The notes below the pieces were generated by a model that worked only from the letters and a program-made list of their open reading frames with translations, was not told the origin of the DNA and searched no databases. From the NCBI GenBank assembly GCA_052147455.1, contig JBKQKO010000001.1, forward strand, positions 9,379 through 73,378: a stretch of 64,000 bases of DNA, given 5' to 3'. How positions within the stretch are numbered: the stretch's first letter is position 1; each line of letters begins with the position of its first letter. Positions 51,974 through 62,609 of this stretch are shown here, piece by piece. Position numbers and translations under genes: made by a program. This stretch comes from Desulfobaccales bacterium (GTDB taxonomy: Bacteria; Desulfobacterota; Desulfobaccia; Desulfobaccales; 0-14-0-80-60-11).

Positions 51974-53380
51974 ATGCCTGGAAGCATTCGGCGCAACGCC
52001 CAACGGATGGCCGCGGCCCCGGCGGAAGACGCCCACCCCGGCGGCTTTACCCCGCCGGCCTCGCCCGAGGCGGAGCAATCGGTCCTGGGGGCCATCCTGG
52101 TGCGTCCGGAGGTGCTGGACCGGGTGGCCGATGTGATCGCGGCCGGCGACTTTTATCGGGAGGCCCACGGAAGAATCTTTCAGGCCATGCTGGACCTCTA
52201 CGGCCGGGGCGACCCGGTGGACCTGGTGACCGTTACCGCCCTGTTGGATGAGCGGGGCCAGTTGGCAGGAGTGGGGGGCCCGGTCTTCCTGGCGGGCCTG
52301 AGCGAGCAGGTGGGGTTCGCCACCAACGCCGACTATTATGCCGGCCTGGTGCACGACAAGGCGATCCTGCGCCGCCTGCTGGACGCCACCCAGGAGATCG
52401 CCGGCTCCTGCTTTGGCCCGGTGGAGGATGTCGGCGAGTTTCTGGACGCCGCCGAGCAGAAGGTCTTCGAGGTGGCCGAGTCCAAGGTGCGCCTGGGGTT
52501 CCAGCCCTTGTCGGCCCTGGTGGAAAAGGAGATCACCCACCTGGAGGCCATCTGGCACCGGGAATTGGGCCGGATTACCGGGGTGCCCAGTGGCTTCAAT
52601 GACCTGGACAACCTCACCGCGGGCTTCCAGAACAGCGACCTGATTATCATCGCCGCCCGCCCCAGCATGGGCAAGACCGCCCTGGCCCTGAACATCGCCT
52701 ACAACGCCGCCTACAACAAGGACCCAAAGCACGTGGCCTTTTTCTCCCTGGAGATGTCCAGTGAACAGTTGGTGCGGCGGCTGCTCTCCAGCGCCGGCGA
52801 GGTGGACGCCTCCAACCTGCGCCGGGCCTTCCTGAGCAGCCTGGAATGGACCAACCTGCAGACCGCCGCGGGTTATCTTTTGGATTGCTCCATCTACATC
52901 GACGACACCCCGGCGGCCACCGTTCTGGACATCCGGGCCAAGTCCCGGCGCCTCAAGGCGGACGGCAAACTGGATATGCTGATCATCGACTACCTGCAGC
53001 TCATGCGCGGCCGGGCTGACGTGCACAGCCGGGAACAGGAGATCTCGGAGATTTCCCGGTCCCTGAAGGCCCTGGCCAAGGAACTGAAGGTGCCGGTCAT
53101 CGTGCTCTCCCAGTTAAACCGTAAGGTGGAAGAACGCCCCAATAAACGGCCGCAACTGGCGGACTTGCGCGAATCCGGGGCCATCGAGCAGGATGCCGAC
53201 GTGGTCATCTTCATCTACCGGGATGAAGTCTACCGGGAAGACTCCCCGGACCAGGGCATCGCCGAGATCATCGTCGGCAAGCAGCGGAACGGCCCCACCG
53301 GCAAGGTCAAGCTCATTTTCCGGGCCAAGTACACCACCTTCGGTGCCTATGAGCGGGAAGGGGCCCCGGCGGGAAATTGA
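51974..53380 (+). CDS. dnaB: Replicative DNA helicase
   Basis: PEAEQSVLGAIL is present. Walker A is ARPSMGKTALALN and the Walker B region is IIDYLQLM, followed by SQLNR. Confidence 0.93.
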   Translation: MPGSIRRNAQRMAAAPAEDAHPGGFTPPASPEAEQSVLGAILVRPEVLDRVADVIAAGDFYREAHGRIFQAMLDLYGRGDPVDLVTVTALLDERGQLAGVGGPVFLAGLSEQVGFATNADYYAGLVHDKAILRRLLDATQEIAGSCFGPVEDVGEFLDAAEQKVFEVAESKVRLGFQPLSALVEKEITHLEAIWHRELGRITGVPSGFNDLDNLTAGFQNSDLIIIAARPSMGKTALALNIAYNAAYNKDPKHVAFFSLEMSSEQLVRRLLSSAGEVDASNLRRAFLSSLEWTNLQTAAGYLLDCSIYIDDTPAATVLDIRAKSRRLKADGKLDMLIIDYLQLMRGRADVHSREQEISEISRSLKALAKELKVPVIVLSQLNRKVEERPNKRPQLADLRESGAIEQDADVVIFIYRDEVYREDSPDQGIAEIIVGKQRNGPTGKVKLIFRAKYTTFGAYEREGAPAGN

Positions 53381-53830
53381 GGCCTCGACGCGGCTCTCTG
53401 ATTCATACCGTCTCTGACCCTGGCGGCCGCCGCGGGCGTGAAAACACGGGCCGAGGTCGAAAGATTTTTTATGCCTGGCCGCGGGCATAGGGGCCTTTCC
53501 CGCGGGAGAGGCGCTGGTGACGCAGACCGACCCTGGGGGCCAGGCGAGCGGGAATTTTTGGGGAGCCCGGTTAAGGCGCCGGGCACAGCCCGCCTTATGA
53601 GCGGGCAGCACGTAGGGTGGGCACTGCCCACCATTTTGTTCTGGTGTGCCTTGGTGGTGAACCACCAAGCCACCAAGATACAAAAAGGAATAGGGCGGCC
53701 TATGGCCGCCGGTTATCGGGGCTATGCCAAACTATCTGCACCTGGTTTTTCAGGGTGGTGACCTATAAGCCGGCAAAATGGCAGGCCGGCAACGGCGGCC
53801 AACCCCGCTGACCCGCATCCCCGGCGGGGT

Positions 53831-55213
53831 TTGATCCTCTTCACCGCCTGCCTGGGGGCCTTCATGGCCACCCTGGACACCAGCATCGTCAACATCGCCT
53901 TGCCCCAGATGGCCCGGGAATTAGGCAGCTCCCTTTCGCAAATCTCCTGGGTCATGGTCGCCTATCTGCTGGTCCAGGTTTCCCTGCTCCTGATCAGCGG
54001 CCGTTTAGGGGATCTGCTGGCTCCCGGGCGCCTCTTCCTCCTGGGGCTGCTGGTTTTCACCGGCTCGTCGGCTCTCTGCGGCCTGGCCTCCGACCTTCCC
54101 CGGCTGGTGGCGGCCCGCTCCTGCCAGGGGATAGGGGCCGCCCTGATGCTGGGCCTGGCGCCCAAGCTGATCGCGGCGACCTTTGGCGAAGGAGAGCGGG
54201 GTCTGCCCCTGGGCCTGTTTTCCACCGCCTTTGCTGCGGGCATCAGCGTGGGCGCCCCGGCGGGCGGGCTCATCACCTCCCACCTGGGCTGGCCCTATAT
54301 CTTTTTCATCAATATCCCCATCTGCGCCCTGGCCCTGCTGGTGGGCGCGACTTCCCTGGGAAGGCTCCGGTCCCAGATGGCCTGGGACCGGCGGGCCTTG
54401 GACCTCTGGGGCTCTCTGGTCCTGGCCCTCGCCCTGGGCTCGCTGGTCCTGGCCCTGACCCGGCTGCGGGAATCGGGTTGGGGTGACGGTCTGACGGAGG
54501 GTTTCCTGGCCCTGGGGCTCGGGCTGCTCCTGATCCTGATCTTCCTGGAGCGCCGCCAGCCCTTCCCCTTGATCCACGGCGAGTTATGGCGAAGTTGGCC
54601 CTTCGTGGCCGGGTCGCTGGCGGTGGTTCTGACCTTCGCCGCGGTAATGGGGACCTTTTTCCTGCTGCCCTTCTTCCTGGAGCAGGTTTACCGCTACTCC
54701 CCGGATCAGGCGGGCCTGCTGCTGGGCGTCCTGGCCCTGACCAACGCCGCGGTGGCCGGGGTGGGTGGGTACCTGGCGGACCGCTGGGGGAATCTGCTGG
54801 TGCTTAGGAGCGGCTGCCTGCTGATGGTGGGCGGCCTGGCCTCCCTAATGTTCACCGGGCCCGGCGACACCGCCCTGGGCCTGGCGGCCAGGTTCGTCCT
54901 CCTGGGGCTGGGCTTGGGTCTGTTCCAGGCCCCGAATCTCAACGAGATTCTCCGGGGGGTGCAGCCGTCCCTGGTGGGTCTGGCGGCCAGCACCAATGCG
55001 GTGTTAAAAAATCTGGGGTCCTTGATCGGGATCACCCTGATGGTGACGGTCTTTGCCTGGCTGGCCCCGCACCAGCCCCGCCTGGGGCAGGAATTCTCCC
55101 CGGGACTGGGGCCTTACCAGCGAGCCTTTGCCGCGGCCCTCCTGGTCGCGGCTCTCAACCTGCTCATCACTCTTCTGCCCCGGAAGACGCCTGCCGCTAA
55201 CCGCGGCCAATAA
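53831..55213 (+). CDS. MFS transporter (DHA2/EmrB-like, 14-TM type)
   Basis: FMATLDTSIVNIALPQMAREL and LISGRLGDL are present. TTG 53831 is the first start codon in the open frame. Confidence 0.85.
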   Translation: MILFTACLGAFMATLDTSIVNIALPQMARELGSSLSQISWVMVAYLLVQVSLLLISGRLGDLLAPGRLFLLGLLVFTGSSALCGLASDLPRLVAARSCQGIGAALMLGLAPKLIAATFGEGERGLPLGLFSTAFAAGISVGAPAGGLITSHLGWPYIFFINIPICALALLVGATSLGRLRSQMAWDRRALDLWGSLVLALALGSLVLALTRLRESGWGDGLTEGFLALGLGLLLILIFLERRQPFPLIHGELWRSWPFVAGSLAVVLTFAAVMGTFFLLPFFLEQVYRYSPDQAGLLLGVLALTNAAVAGVGGYLADRWGNLLVLRSGCLLMVGGLASLMFTGPGDTALGLAARFVLLGLGLGLFQAPNLNEILRGVQPSLVGLAASTNAVLKNLGSLIGITLMVTVFAWLAPHQPRLGQEFSPGLGPYQRAFAAALLVAALNLLITLLPRKTPAANRGQ

Positions 55214-55240
55214 CCAACCTGAAGGAACCTGAGACCGGAT

Positions 55241-55288
55241 AGCCGCAGGCTTTAGCCTGCGCCAGCTAAAGCCTGCGGCTACATTTTA
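55241..55288 (+). terminator. Perfect 16-bp hairpin (REP-derived), likely terminator of the MFS gene
   Basis: AGCCGCAGGCTTTAGC-CTGCGCCA-GCTAAAGCCTGCGGCT is followed by ACATTTTA. A half-copy lies at ~51578-51603. Confidence 0.55.
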
Positions 55289-55719
55289 AAGGCAATTTAT
55301 TTAATGCCCTGATTAACAAGACCTCTGCGCCTGGTCCATGAGGACCTGGGCCACGAGGACCTGGCCACAACCCGGATTTGCAGCAATACGAGTGAACGAG
55401 GAACTGGGGGACACCATGAAAGTTATTAGAACTGGAGGGGGGGTAAGTAGGTTACGAGATTGATTTACAACTATGATCTGCTCCGGGGGGTAAGGTTCCT
55501 GCTAATCTCCCGGCCTCCCAGGGCATTGGGCCAGTCCACAAGGGGTTGTTTGGGCTTGAGTACGGCTGCAGAGCGGTTAATTGAGTCCATTTTTGATTAT
55601 CTTGGTATATGTGCAGTCGCCTATCGGTTGGTCAGGTGACGGCGGCGGGTTAACGGAAAGAGATTACAAAAAACCAAGCCACGGGGATACTGTCGAATCA
55701 AGTCTGATTAAGGGCAACT

Positions 55720-55754
55720 CATAACAAAGGCAGGGCCAACAATGACCCTGCCTT
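55720..55754 (-). terminator. Terminator candidate for the repeat-protein gene
   Basis: On the minus strand AAGGCAGGG-(10 nt)-CCCTGCCTT is followed by TGTTATGAG. Confidence 0.4.
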
Positions 55755-55861
55755 GGCATATGATAAAGATACTGAGGACCAGTTTGATAACTGGGGATGT
55801 AATGTTCACCTCAGTTTTTATTACGGGCCTTAGTCTATAATGGCCAACAGTAGGTTATCTA

Positions 55862-56308
55862 TCACTCACTCTCATGGCTGGAACTCTCGTGGCTGGAACT
55901 CTCGTGGCTTGAACCCCCAGGGCTGGAACTCTCATGGCTTGAACTCTTATAGGTTGAACCCTCAGGGCTGGAACTCTCATGGCTTGAACTTTTATAGGTT
56001 GAACCCTCAGGGCTGGAACTCTTATAGCTTGAACTCTTAGAGATTGAACCCTCAGGGCCTGAACTCTCATGGCTTGAACTCTTATAGGTTGAACCCTCAG
56101 GGCCTGAACTCTTATAGGTTGAACTCTTATAGGTTGAACTCTCAGGGGTTGAACTCACATGGCTTGAACTCTTATAGGTTGAACTCTCATGGCTTGAACT
56201 TCCTTGGACAACGCCTTCCTGGGGTTCAGGCCCCGGTTGGTTTGTTTGGGCATTAACAGTTGTCACACCAATTGTCAACATCAACAATAACAGAAGTATG
56301 GTTTTCAT
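55862..56308 (-). CDS. Secreted Ser/His/Tyr/Glu-rich tandem-repeat protein
   Basis: AAGGAGG lies upstream of ATG 56308. The signal peptide is MKTILLLLLMLTIGVTTVNA. About 22 pentapeptide units follow (SSHES, STYKS, SGPEG) and the protein ends ...SSHESSSHESSSHESE. Confidence 0.65.
   Translation of the reverse strand: MKTILLLLLMLTIGVTTVNAQTNQPGPEPQEGVVQGSSSHESSTYKSSSHVSSTPESSTYKSSTYKSSGPEGSTYKSSSHESSGPEGSISKSSSYKSSSPEGSTYKSSSHESSSPEGSTYKSSSHESSSPGGSSHESSSHESSSHESE
55866..56203. repeat. 15-nt tandem repeat array (higher-order 45-nt unit), coding
   Basis: GGCTTGAACTCTCAT-type units were read directly. Several frames stay open across it. Confidence 0.9.
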
Positions 56309-56684
56309 AAACATAACCTCCTTTAGGATGGTCTATTGGTAATCATTAGATTAAAAAAAGGCAAGAGGAGCCCCGGGAATTAATTTCGTTAATGTGTTTA
56401 AAAAGGGAAATCTGACTCTAATTTTCTAAGAGTATTGGCTTTAAACCGGAGGTGTTCTTCAGAATTACCCCCCAGAGTCAGTGGTGATAGATACCTTGCC
56501 ACAATGAACACCTATCAGAGCGGCGGGAAAAATTGCGGATATGACCTGGATAGTATGTCTGAAGACTAACCGGGCCGGGGAAGATCCCGCCGTGCTCGGT
56601 GCCCTTCAGGGTAACCCCGCAGGCGCCTAATGTTGTGCCCCGGATTTTCCTTTCAAGATGATTTTCCTTTTTTGGTAGGGGCGG

Positions 56685-56781
56685 ATCCAGGTGTCCGCCC
56701 CCAGAGGGCGCACAGTGGCACAGGATCTCAGCCTGTGATTGGGTGCGCCACTGTAGGGGCGGGTTTAAAACCCGCCCCTAC
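56685..56781. repeat. REP cluster (module copy 3 plus GTAGGGGCGGGTTTAAAACCCGCCCCTAC hairpin)
   Basis: GGCGGATCCAGGTGTCCGCC hairpin, GCGCACAGTGGCACAGGATCTCAGCCTGTGATTGGG module and a terminal 11-bp perfect hairpin. Confidence 0.75.
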
Positions 56782-56809
56782 TATTGATAGCACCTGGGAC
56801 GCAACCCAA

Positions 56810-57006
56810 GTGTGATGCTTCATAATTGCCAGGACATTTCAAACTACGGTTTTTTTTAAACCCCCTTTGAAAAAGGGGGGCAGGGGGGATTTTAAATAAG
56901 GTCCTGAAATTCCCCTAAATCCCCCTTTCCCAAAGGGGTACTTTAATACCCTGGGAATTTAGGTTTTCACTTGATTTAATGCCATACTATTTATGAAGCA
57001 CAACAC
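56810..57006. mobile_element. ~197-bp MITE-like repeat, copy 2 (intact; the empty site for the IS1595 insertion)
   Basis: The terminal inverted repeats are GTGTGATGCTTCATAA and (reverse complement) GTGTTGTGCTTCATAA, matching at 14/16. A single TTTGAAAA lies at 56866-56873. Confidence 0.8.
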
Positions 57007-57142
57007 TAGAAGCTATTGCAACCCCCCGGTCTGCCCCAAAAGGTCATTCTGAGTGAAGCGAAGAATCTCGTATTTTTAGTGATTTGAGATCCTTCACTCC
57101 GTTCAGGATGACCGTGAAATCAGGTTTTGCAATAGCTTCTAG
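57006..57142. mobile_element. MITE-like hairpin element (second member of the GTCATTCTGAG...CTCAGGATGAC family)
   Basis: It has perfect 16-bp TIRs (CTAGAAGCTATTGCAA / TTGCAATAGCTTCTAG). The inner palindrome is shared with 10027-10161. Confidence 0.7.
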
Positions 57143-57222
57143 CCCTTCCCCCCAAAAAAAAGGTGGGAGGCGCAGCTCCCGGAGCCGCGTCTCCCACCGC
57201 CGGGCGCCCAAGCTTTTCCAGC

Positions 57223-57624
57223 TCAGGCGGTCTTCACCTTTATCTTCCGGGGCTTGGCCCGCTCCACCTTGGACAGCACCAGGCGCAGCACCCCGTCTTT
57301 CATGAGGGCCTCGATCTTGCCCTGATCGATCAGACTGCCCAGGTGGAATTCCCGGATGTAGTCCCCGGTGTAGTATTCCTGCCCCACCATGGTTTCGCCC
57401 TGGCTCAGCGGCGGGCCCACTTCGCCGGAGATGACCAGTTGATTGTCCCGCAAGTCCACGGTCACTTTATCCGCCGGCACCCCGGGCATATCGGCCACCA
57501 GTACCAGGGCCTCGGGGGTCTCGAAGATATCCACCGCCGGCAGGAAGACGCGGCCGGGACGAACCCGCTCTCCCTTGGCCGGAGCCTCTTTCTTGGCCTT
57601 TACCTGCAATTCCTTTTCAGTCAT
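57223..57624 (-). CDS. Hsp20/alpha-crystallin small heat-shock protein
   Basis: I placed the start at ATG 57624, downstream of GGGAGG. The alpha-crystallin core is PAVDIFETPEALVLVADMPGV...DGVLRLVLSK. Confidence 0.88.
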   Translation of the reverse strand: MTEKELQVKAKKEAPAKGERVRPGRVFLPAVDIFETPEALVLVADMPGVPADKVTVDLRDNQLVISGEVGPPLSQGETMVGQEYYTGDYIREFHLGSLIDQGKIEALMKDGVLRLVLSKVERAKPRKIKVKTA

Positions 57625-57634
57625 GAGTCCTCCC

Positions 57635-58090
57635 TCAGGCAACCTTCACTTTGATCTTCCGGGGTTTGACTTCTTCCGCCTTAGCCAGCTTGATGGTCAG
57701 GACGCCGTCCTTACAGGTGGCTTCCACCTTATCCAGCTGAACTCGGGAAGACAGGGCCAGCACCCGCCGGAAAAAACCCGATTCCCGTTCCCGGCGCTGG
57801 TAATTGACCTGCTTTTCCTCGGAGGCGATCTTGCGTTCGCCCCGAAGAATCAGGCTGAGGTCCTGGATGGTGATTTCCAGGTCTTCCGCCCTGACCCCGG
57901 GCAGTTCGGCCCGCACATAGATATGATCCCGGTCTTCGGAGAGATTCACCAGGGGGTAGACTCCCACCTGCCAGGGTGAGCCCTCCGGGCTGAAGTCGCC
58001 CTGAAAGAGCCGGTCCATACGGCGCTGCAGTTGTTCCAGCTCTCGGAGGGGGTCTTGGGTTAGCCCCGGTTCCCGAAAAATTATAGGCAT
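57635..58090 (-). CDS. Hsp20/alpha-crystallin small heat-shock protein
   Basis: YPLVNLSEDRDHIYVRAELPGV...DGVLTIKLAK. It lies in tandem with the previous gene. Confidence 0.88.
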   Translation of the reverse strand: MPIIFREPGLTQDPLRELEQLQRRMDRLFQGDFSPEGSPWQVGVYPLVNLSEDRDHIYVRAELPGVRAEDLEITIQDLSLILRGERKIASEEKQVNYQRRERESGFFRRVLALSSRVQLDKVEATCKDGVLTIKLAKAEEVKPRKIKVKVA

Positions 58091-58241
58091 TATTATGCTC
58101 CTCCGGCTTTTGATAAGTTTAAACTCAACTATAAAATTTAAGCATCAATATCGCGGAGTCAAGGGGCGCGCGGCGCTTGCAAAATCGCCGCAATCATCTA
58201 TAACTATAAGGAAAAACGAGAGAGATTGGGAAGAATAGCCC

Positions 58242-58895
58242 ATGGCATTCCCCTGGCAGCCCGTTACCTGGGTGCTCCTGGACATGGACGGCACCCTGCT
58301 GGATAAACACTTTGACGACTACTTCTGGGAAACCCTGGTGCCCCAGGAATACGCCCGGCGCCAGGCGCTCCCCTTGCCGGAGGCCCGGCAACTGGTCTTC
58401 GCCCGCTATCGGCGGGAGGAAGGCACCCTCAACTGGACCGACATCGACTTCTGGTCCCGGGAGCTGGAACTGGATATCCCGGCGCTGAAGGAGGGCATCC
58501 GCCACCTCATCGAGGTCCACCCCGACACCGAAGATTTCTTGAAATTCCTGGGGGAGGCGGGGAAGAGGGTGGCCCTGGTGACTAATGCCCATACCAAGAC
58601 CCTGGCCTTAAAGATGGACCAGACCGGCCTGTTGGCCTATTTCGAGGCAGTGGTCTCCTCCTTCGACCTGGGAGCCCCCAAGGAAGAAGTGCGCTTCTGG
58701 AAGATCCTGCAAGAGAGATTGGCATTTGACCCCGGGTCCACCTTGTTGGTGGACGACAATGCCGAGGCCCTGGCCGCGGCCCGGGTCTCCGGCATCCGCT
58801 ACCCCGTCTTCAAGGCCAAATCCAGCTCCCGGCAGGAGGCCGAATCCCACCCGGACTTCCCCTCCATCGAGTCATTTTACGAGCTGATGGAATGA
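58242..58895 (+). CDS. HAD-superfamily hydrolase
   Basis: Motif I is LLDMDGTLLD, motif II is LVTNA and motif IV is VDDN. Confidence 0.8.
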   Translation: MAFPWQPVTWVLLDMDGTLLDKHFDDYFWETLVPQEYARRQALPLPEARQLVFARYRREEGTLNWTDIDFWSRELELDIPALKEGIRHLIEVHPDTEDFLKFLGEAGKRVALVTNAHTKTLALKMDQTGLLAYFEAVVSSFDLGAPKEEVRFWKILQERLAFDPGSTLLVDDNAEALAAARVSGIRYPVFKAKSSSRQEAESHPDFPSIESFYELME

Positions 58896-59087
58896 TGATT
58901 TTTGGGGGAGGGGGGAGGGCCAGGAACCCTTACAGAAAATACCAAAAATACAAGAAATACAAAAAGCAAAGCCCCAATTCGCCAGCCAAATCATATCTGG
59001 AATTTTTATCACACTACTCATAAGAGAAGCTCTTGGCAAGCTAGCGCCGCAATCACTAGTCCTGCATCTCTTGGTTGGATAAGGCCA

Positions 59088-59119
59088 CAAAAAAGGCAGG
59101 GCCACGGAGGGCCCTGCCT
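59088..59119 (-). terminator. Rho-independent terminator of the PEP-CTERM gene
   Basis: On the minus strand a 10-bp stem AGGCAGGGCC/GGCCCTGCCT is followed by TTTTTT. Confidence 0.8.
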
Positions 59120-59148
59120 GAGGATTGTCAGTCTCGTTTAGAGGCGGC

Positions 59149-59808
59149 TTACTTCTTCAGACTCCACTTGCGGCGCAGCATGCCTAGCCCCATCAGCCCG
59201 GAGCCCAGGAGGAGCAGGCTCGGAGGCAACGGCACTGCGTTCAGGGCAATCTTATCGAAGCCGACCTGCGGGCCGCTGTCCGACAGCCGGATTTCCAAAG
59301 TATCTCCCAGAAATGCCGATCCAGTGCTGTTGTACGACACTATGAAGGGTGCAAAAGTTCCTTGGGGTCCAGTGCCGGAGGTCGAGGCCAGAACGTTGCC
59401 CCCAGCCAGCAATTGCATGGTGTACGTTGCGAAATAGCCAATATCATTTCCCACCACACCGGTCAAGGCGTACGTGGTGTTGTTTAAGAGCGGAAAGCCG
59501 GTGAGGACCTGGGAGAATGTATTGCCTGCGGACTGGCCTCCGACACCGAGCCAGCCGATCTGGCTACCCTGAGGCGCCGGTACTGTCCATAAGCCATAAT
59601 TGTTCAAATCGATATTCCAGACCCCTCCTCCACCCGTCCCCAATGAAGTCCAACCGGGAGGATCCACATAGGTGGCATCCCGACCTGTGGTAATTGAGGG
59701 ATCTTCAAAACCAGCATTGATGATAGGAATAGAAGTTGCAAGGGCCCCCGAAGTTCCCAGCGCTAAGGCCATGAGCATCAGCGCTATCACCAGCCATAAC
59801 TTTTTCAT
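59149..59808 (-). CDS. PEP-CTERM sorting-domain secreted protein
   Basis: A signal peptide is present (MKKLWLVIALMLMALALGTSGALA). The C-terminus VPLPPSLLLLGSGLMGLGMLRRKWSLKK has the VPxP motif, a TM helix and a basic tail. Confidence 0.85.
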   Translation of the reverse strand: MKKLWLVIALMLMALALGTSGALATSIPIINAGFEDPSITTGRDATYVDPPGWTSLGTGGGGVWNIDLNNYGLWTVPAPQGSQIGWLGVGGQSAGNTFSQVLTGFPLLNNTTYALTGVVGNDIGYFATYTMQLLAGGNVLASTSGTGPQGTFAPFIVSYNSTGSAFLGDTLEIRLSDSGPQVGFDKIALNAVPLPPSLLLLGSGLMGLGMLRRKWSLKK

Positions 59809-59963
59809 CGGCTTTCCCCTCTAATATCGGTCCGAAATTTCCGGTTATCTATGCATAAAACCCGCGCTGCCTATTCCAGGCAACCCGGCCGTCTCTCCAT
59901 CCTCATAGACCCGTGGCTTTCCATCTCCATCGTGCGATGAGTTTGGCTCTTCTGGTACATCTC

Positions 59964-59992
59964 ATACTAAAAACATAAAATACGCTTGTCAA
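59964..59992 (-). promoter_or_regulatory. Promoter candidate for the PEP-CTERM gene (implies a ~150-nt leader)
   Basis: On the minus strand: TTGACA (59992-59987), a 17-nt spacer and TAGTAT (59969-59964). Confidence 0.4.
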
Positions 59993-60249
59993 GAAAAATA
60001 TTAAAAATAATATATTTTTTTAAAGACCCCGCAGCCCGCAGTCCGTAGGGCTGGAAAGCGAAGCGCCTCCCACCATTAGCATTATTCCATCTCTAGACTG
60101 CGAACGTTATCATCTGCCACCCATTCTTTGCCTGCCCTGGGTTGTGCCTTGCACCGAAAACCGCAAACCGAGATAGAAATTCAGCGCGGAGGCCCAGAGA
60201 GCGCAGAGAAAAACCCAGAAAACCGAAAACCGAGAACAGAAAACCGCCC

Positions 60250-61578
<1,329 letters not shown>

Positions 61579-61676
61579 GATTACAGCCTTGGGAAAAACC
61601 CGCTGAGGTCAAAGCAGACGGCTTCCCCGCCGCCCTGCTTCAGCTGGATTTCCCTGCGGTCCCAGACCTGGCCCGG

Positions 61677-62609
61677 TCAGGTTGAGATTACCAGGTCTAA
61701 AACCCCCTGATTTTTATGCTCCAAAAGAAATTGATTGATTCTTTTATTAGCTAAACTGGAATAATTTTCATCGGTCTCATAGCCAACGTAATGGCGATTT
61801 GTCTGAATAGCGGCCAGGGCCGCCTGACCGCTTCCCATAAAGGGGTCCAGCACTACTTCACCGTCAAAAGTGTATAGTTGTATCAGTCGATAAGGCAATT
61901 CCACCGGAAAGGGCGCTGGATGCCCAACTTTCTTTGCTGAAACGGCAGGGAAGGTCCACACGCTCTTAGTCAATTCTAGGAATTCCTCTTTGGAAATAGT
62001 GGGTTTTCGCTTAGCAGGGTTTTTGCGCGCGAAGGTTCCTTTTGAAAAAATCAAAATATATTCATGTATATCTCGAAGAGTTGGGTTTGCGGCAGTGCAC
62101 CAGCTTCCCCAGGCAGTGGAAGGGGAGGCGCTGGACGCTTTATTCCAAATGATTTCCCCCCGCATGAGAAAACCGATATTCAGCATCTCTTGAATAATAA
62201 AAGAATGGAGTGGGATATAAGGTTTGCGCCCCAGGTTGGCGACGTTGACGCAGGCCCGGCCGCCGGGCGCCAGCACCCGGTGAACCTCCCGCCAGACCCG
62301 GCCCAGGAACTCCAGGTACTCAGCCAGGGTGGCGTCCCGGTCATATTCCTTGCCCACGTTGTAAGGGGGCGAGGTCACCATCAGGTGGACGCTGTTATTC
62401 GGCAGTTCCGTCATGTTTTCCGATGACTTGCAAAAAATTTGATCCAGGTACTTTATGGGAATGCGGTTCTCCACATAATCAAGCTCTTGCTCCTGGGGCA
62501 TCTGCTCATATAATTTGCTGGCGTAAAAGGACGAGGCATCGTGGGAGATGCGTCCCGGGGCGCCGAAGGCGCTGGTGCGGGTCTTTTTCCGGAGAGGAGA
62601 ATTCTTCAT
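61677..62609 (-). CDS. DNA methyltransferase (N4-C/N6-A, beta class), no adjacent endonuclease
   Basis: Motif IV TSPPYNVGKEY precedes motif I DPFMGSGQAALAAIQTNRHYVGYE, which is the beta-class order. The 3' two-thirds of the gene is visibly AT-richer than its neighbours. Confidence 0.85.
   Translation of the reverse strand: MKNSPLRKKTRTSAFGAPGRISHDASSFYASKLYEQMPQEQELDYVENRIPIKYLDQIFCKSSENMTELPNNSVHLMVTSPPYNVGKEYDRDATLAEYLEFLGRVWREVHRVLAPGGRACVNVANLGRKPYIPLHSFIIQEMLNIGFLMRGEIIWNKASSASPSTAWGSWCTAANPTLRDIHEYILIFSKGTFARKNPAKRKPTISKEEFLELTKSVWTFPAVSAKKVGHPAPFPVELPYRLIQLYTFDGEVVLDPFMGSGQAALAAIQTNRHYVGYETDENYSSLANKRINQFLLEHKNQGVLDLVIST

Noticed and set aside
42657-53026. Antisense ORFs 42657-43814, 44154-45476, 46363-47118 and 51926-53026 opposite lpxB, fbaB, ribBA and dnaB
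   Set aside because: These are shadow ORFs of recognised genes.
55840-56256. Alternative-frame ORFs across the 15-nt repeat, and the idea that the array is a CRISPR
   Set aside because: The units are contiguous 15-mers with no unique spacers, so this is not a CRISPR array. Only the minus-strand frame 55862-56308 has an SD, a signal peptide and a sensible N-terminus.
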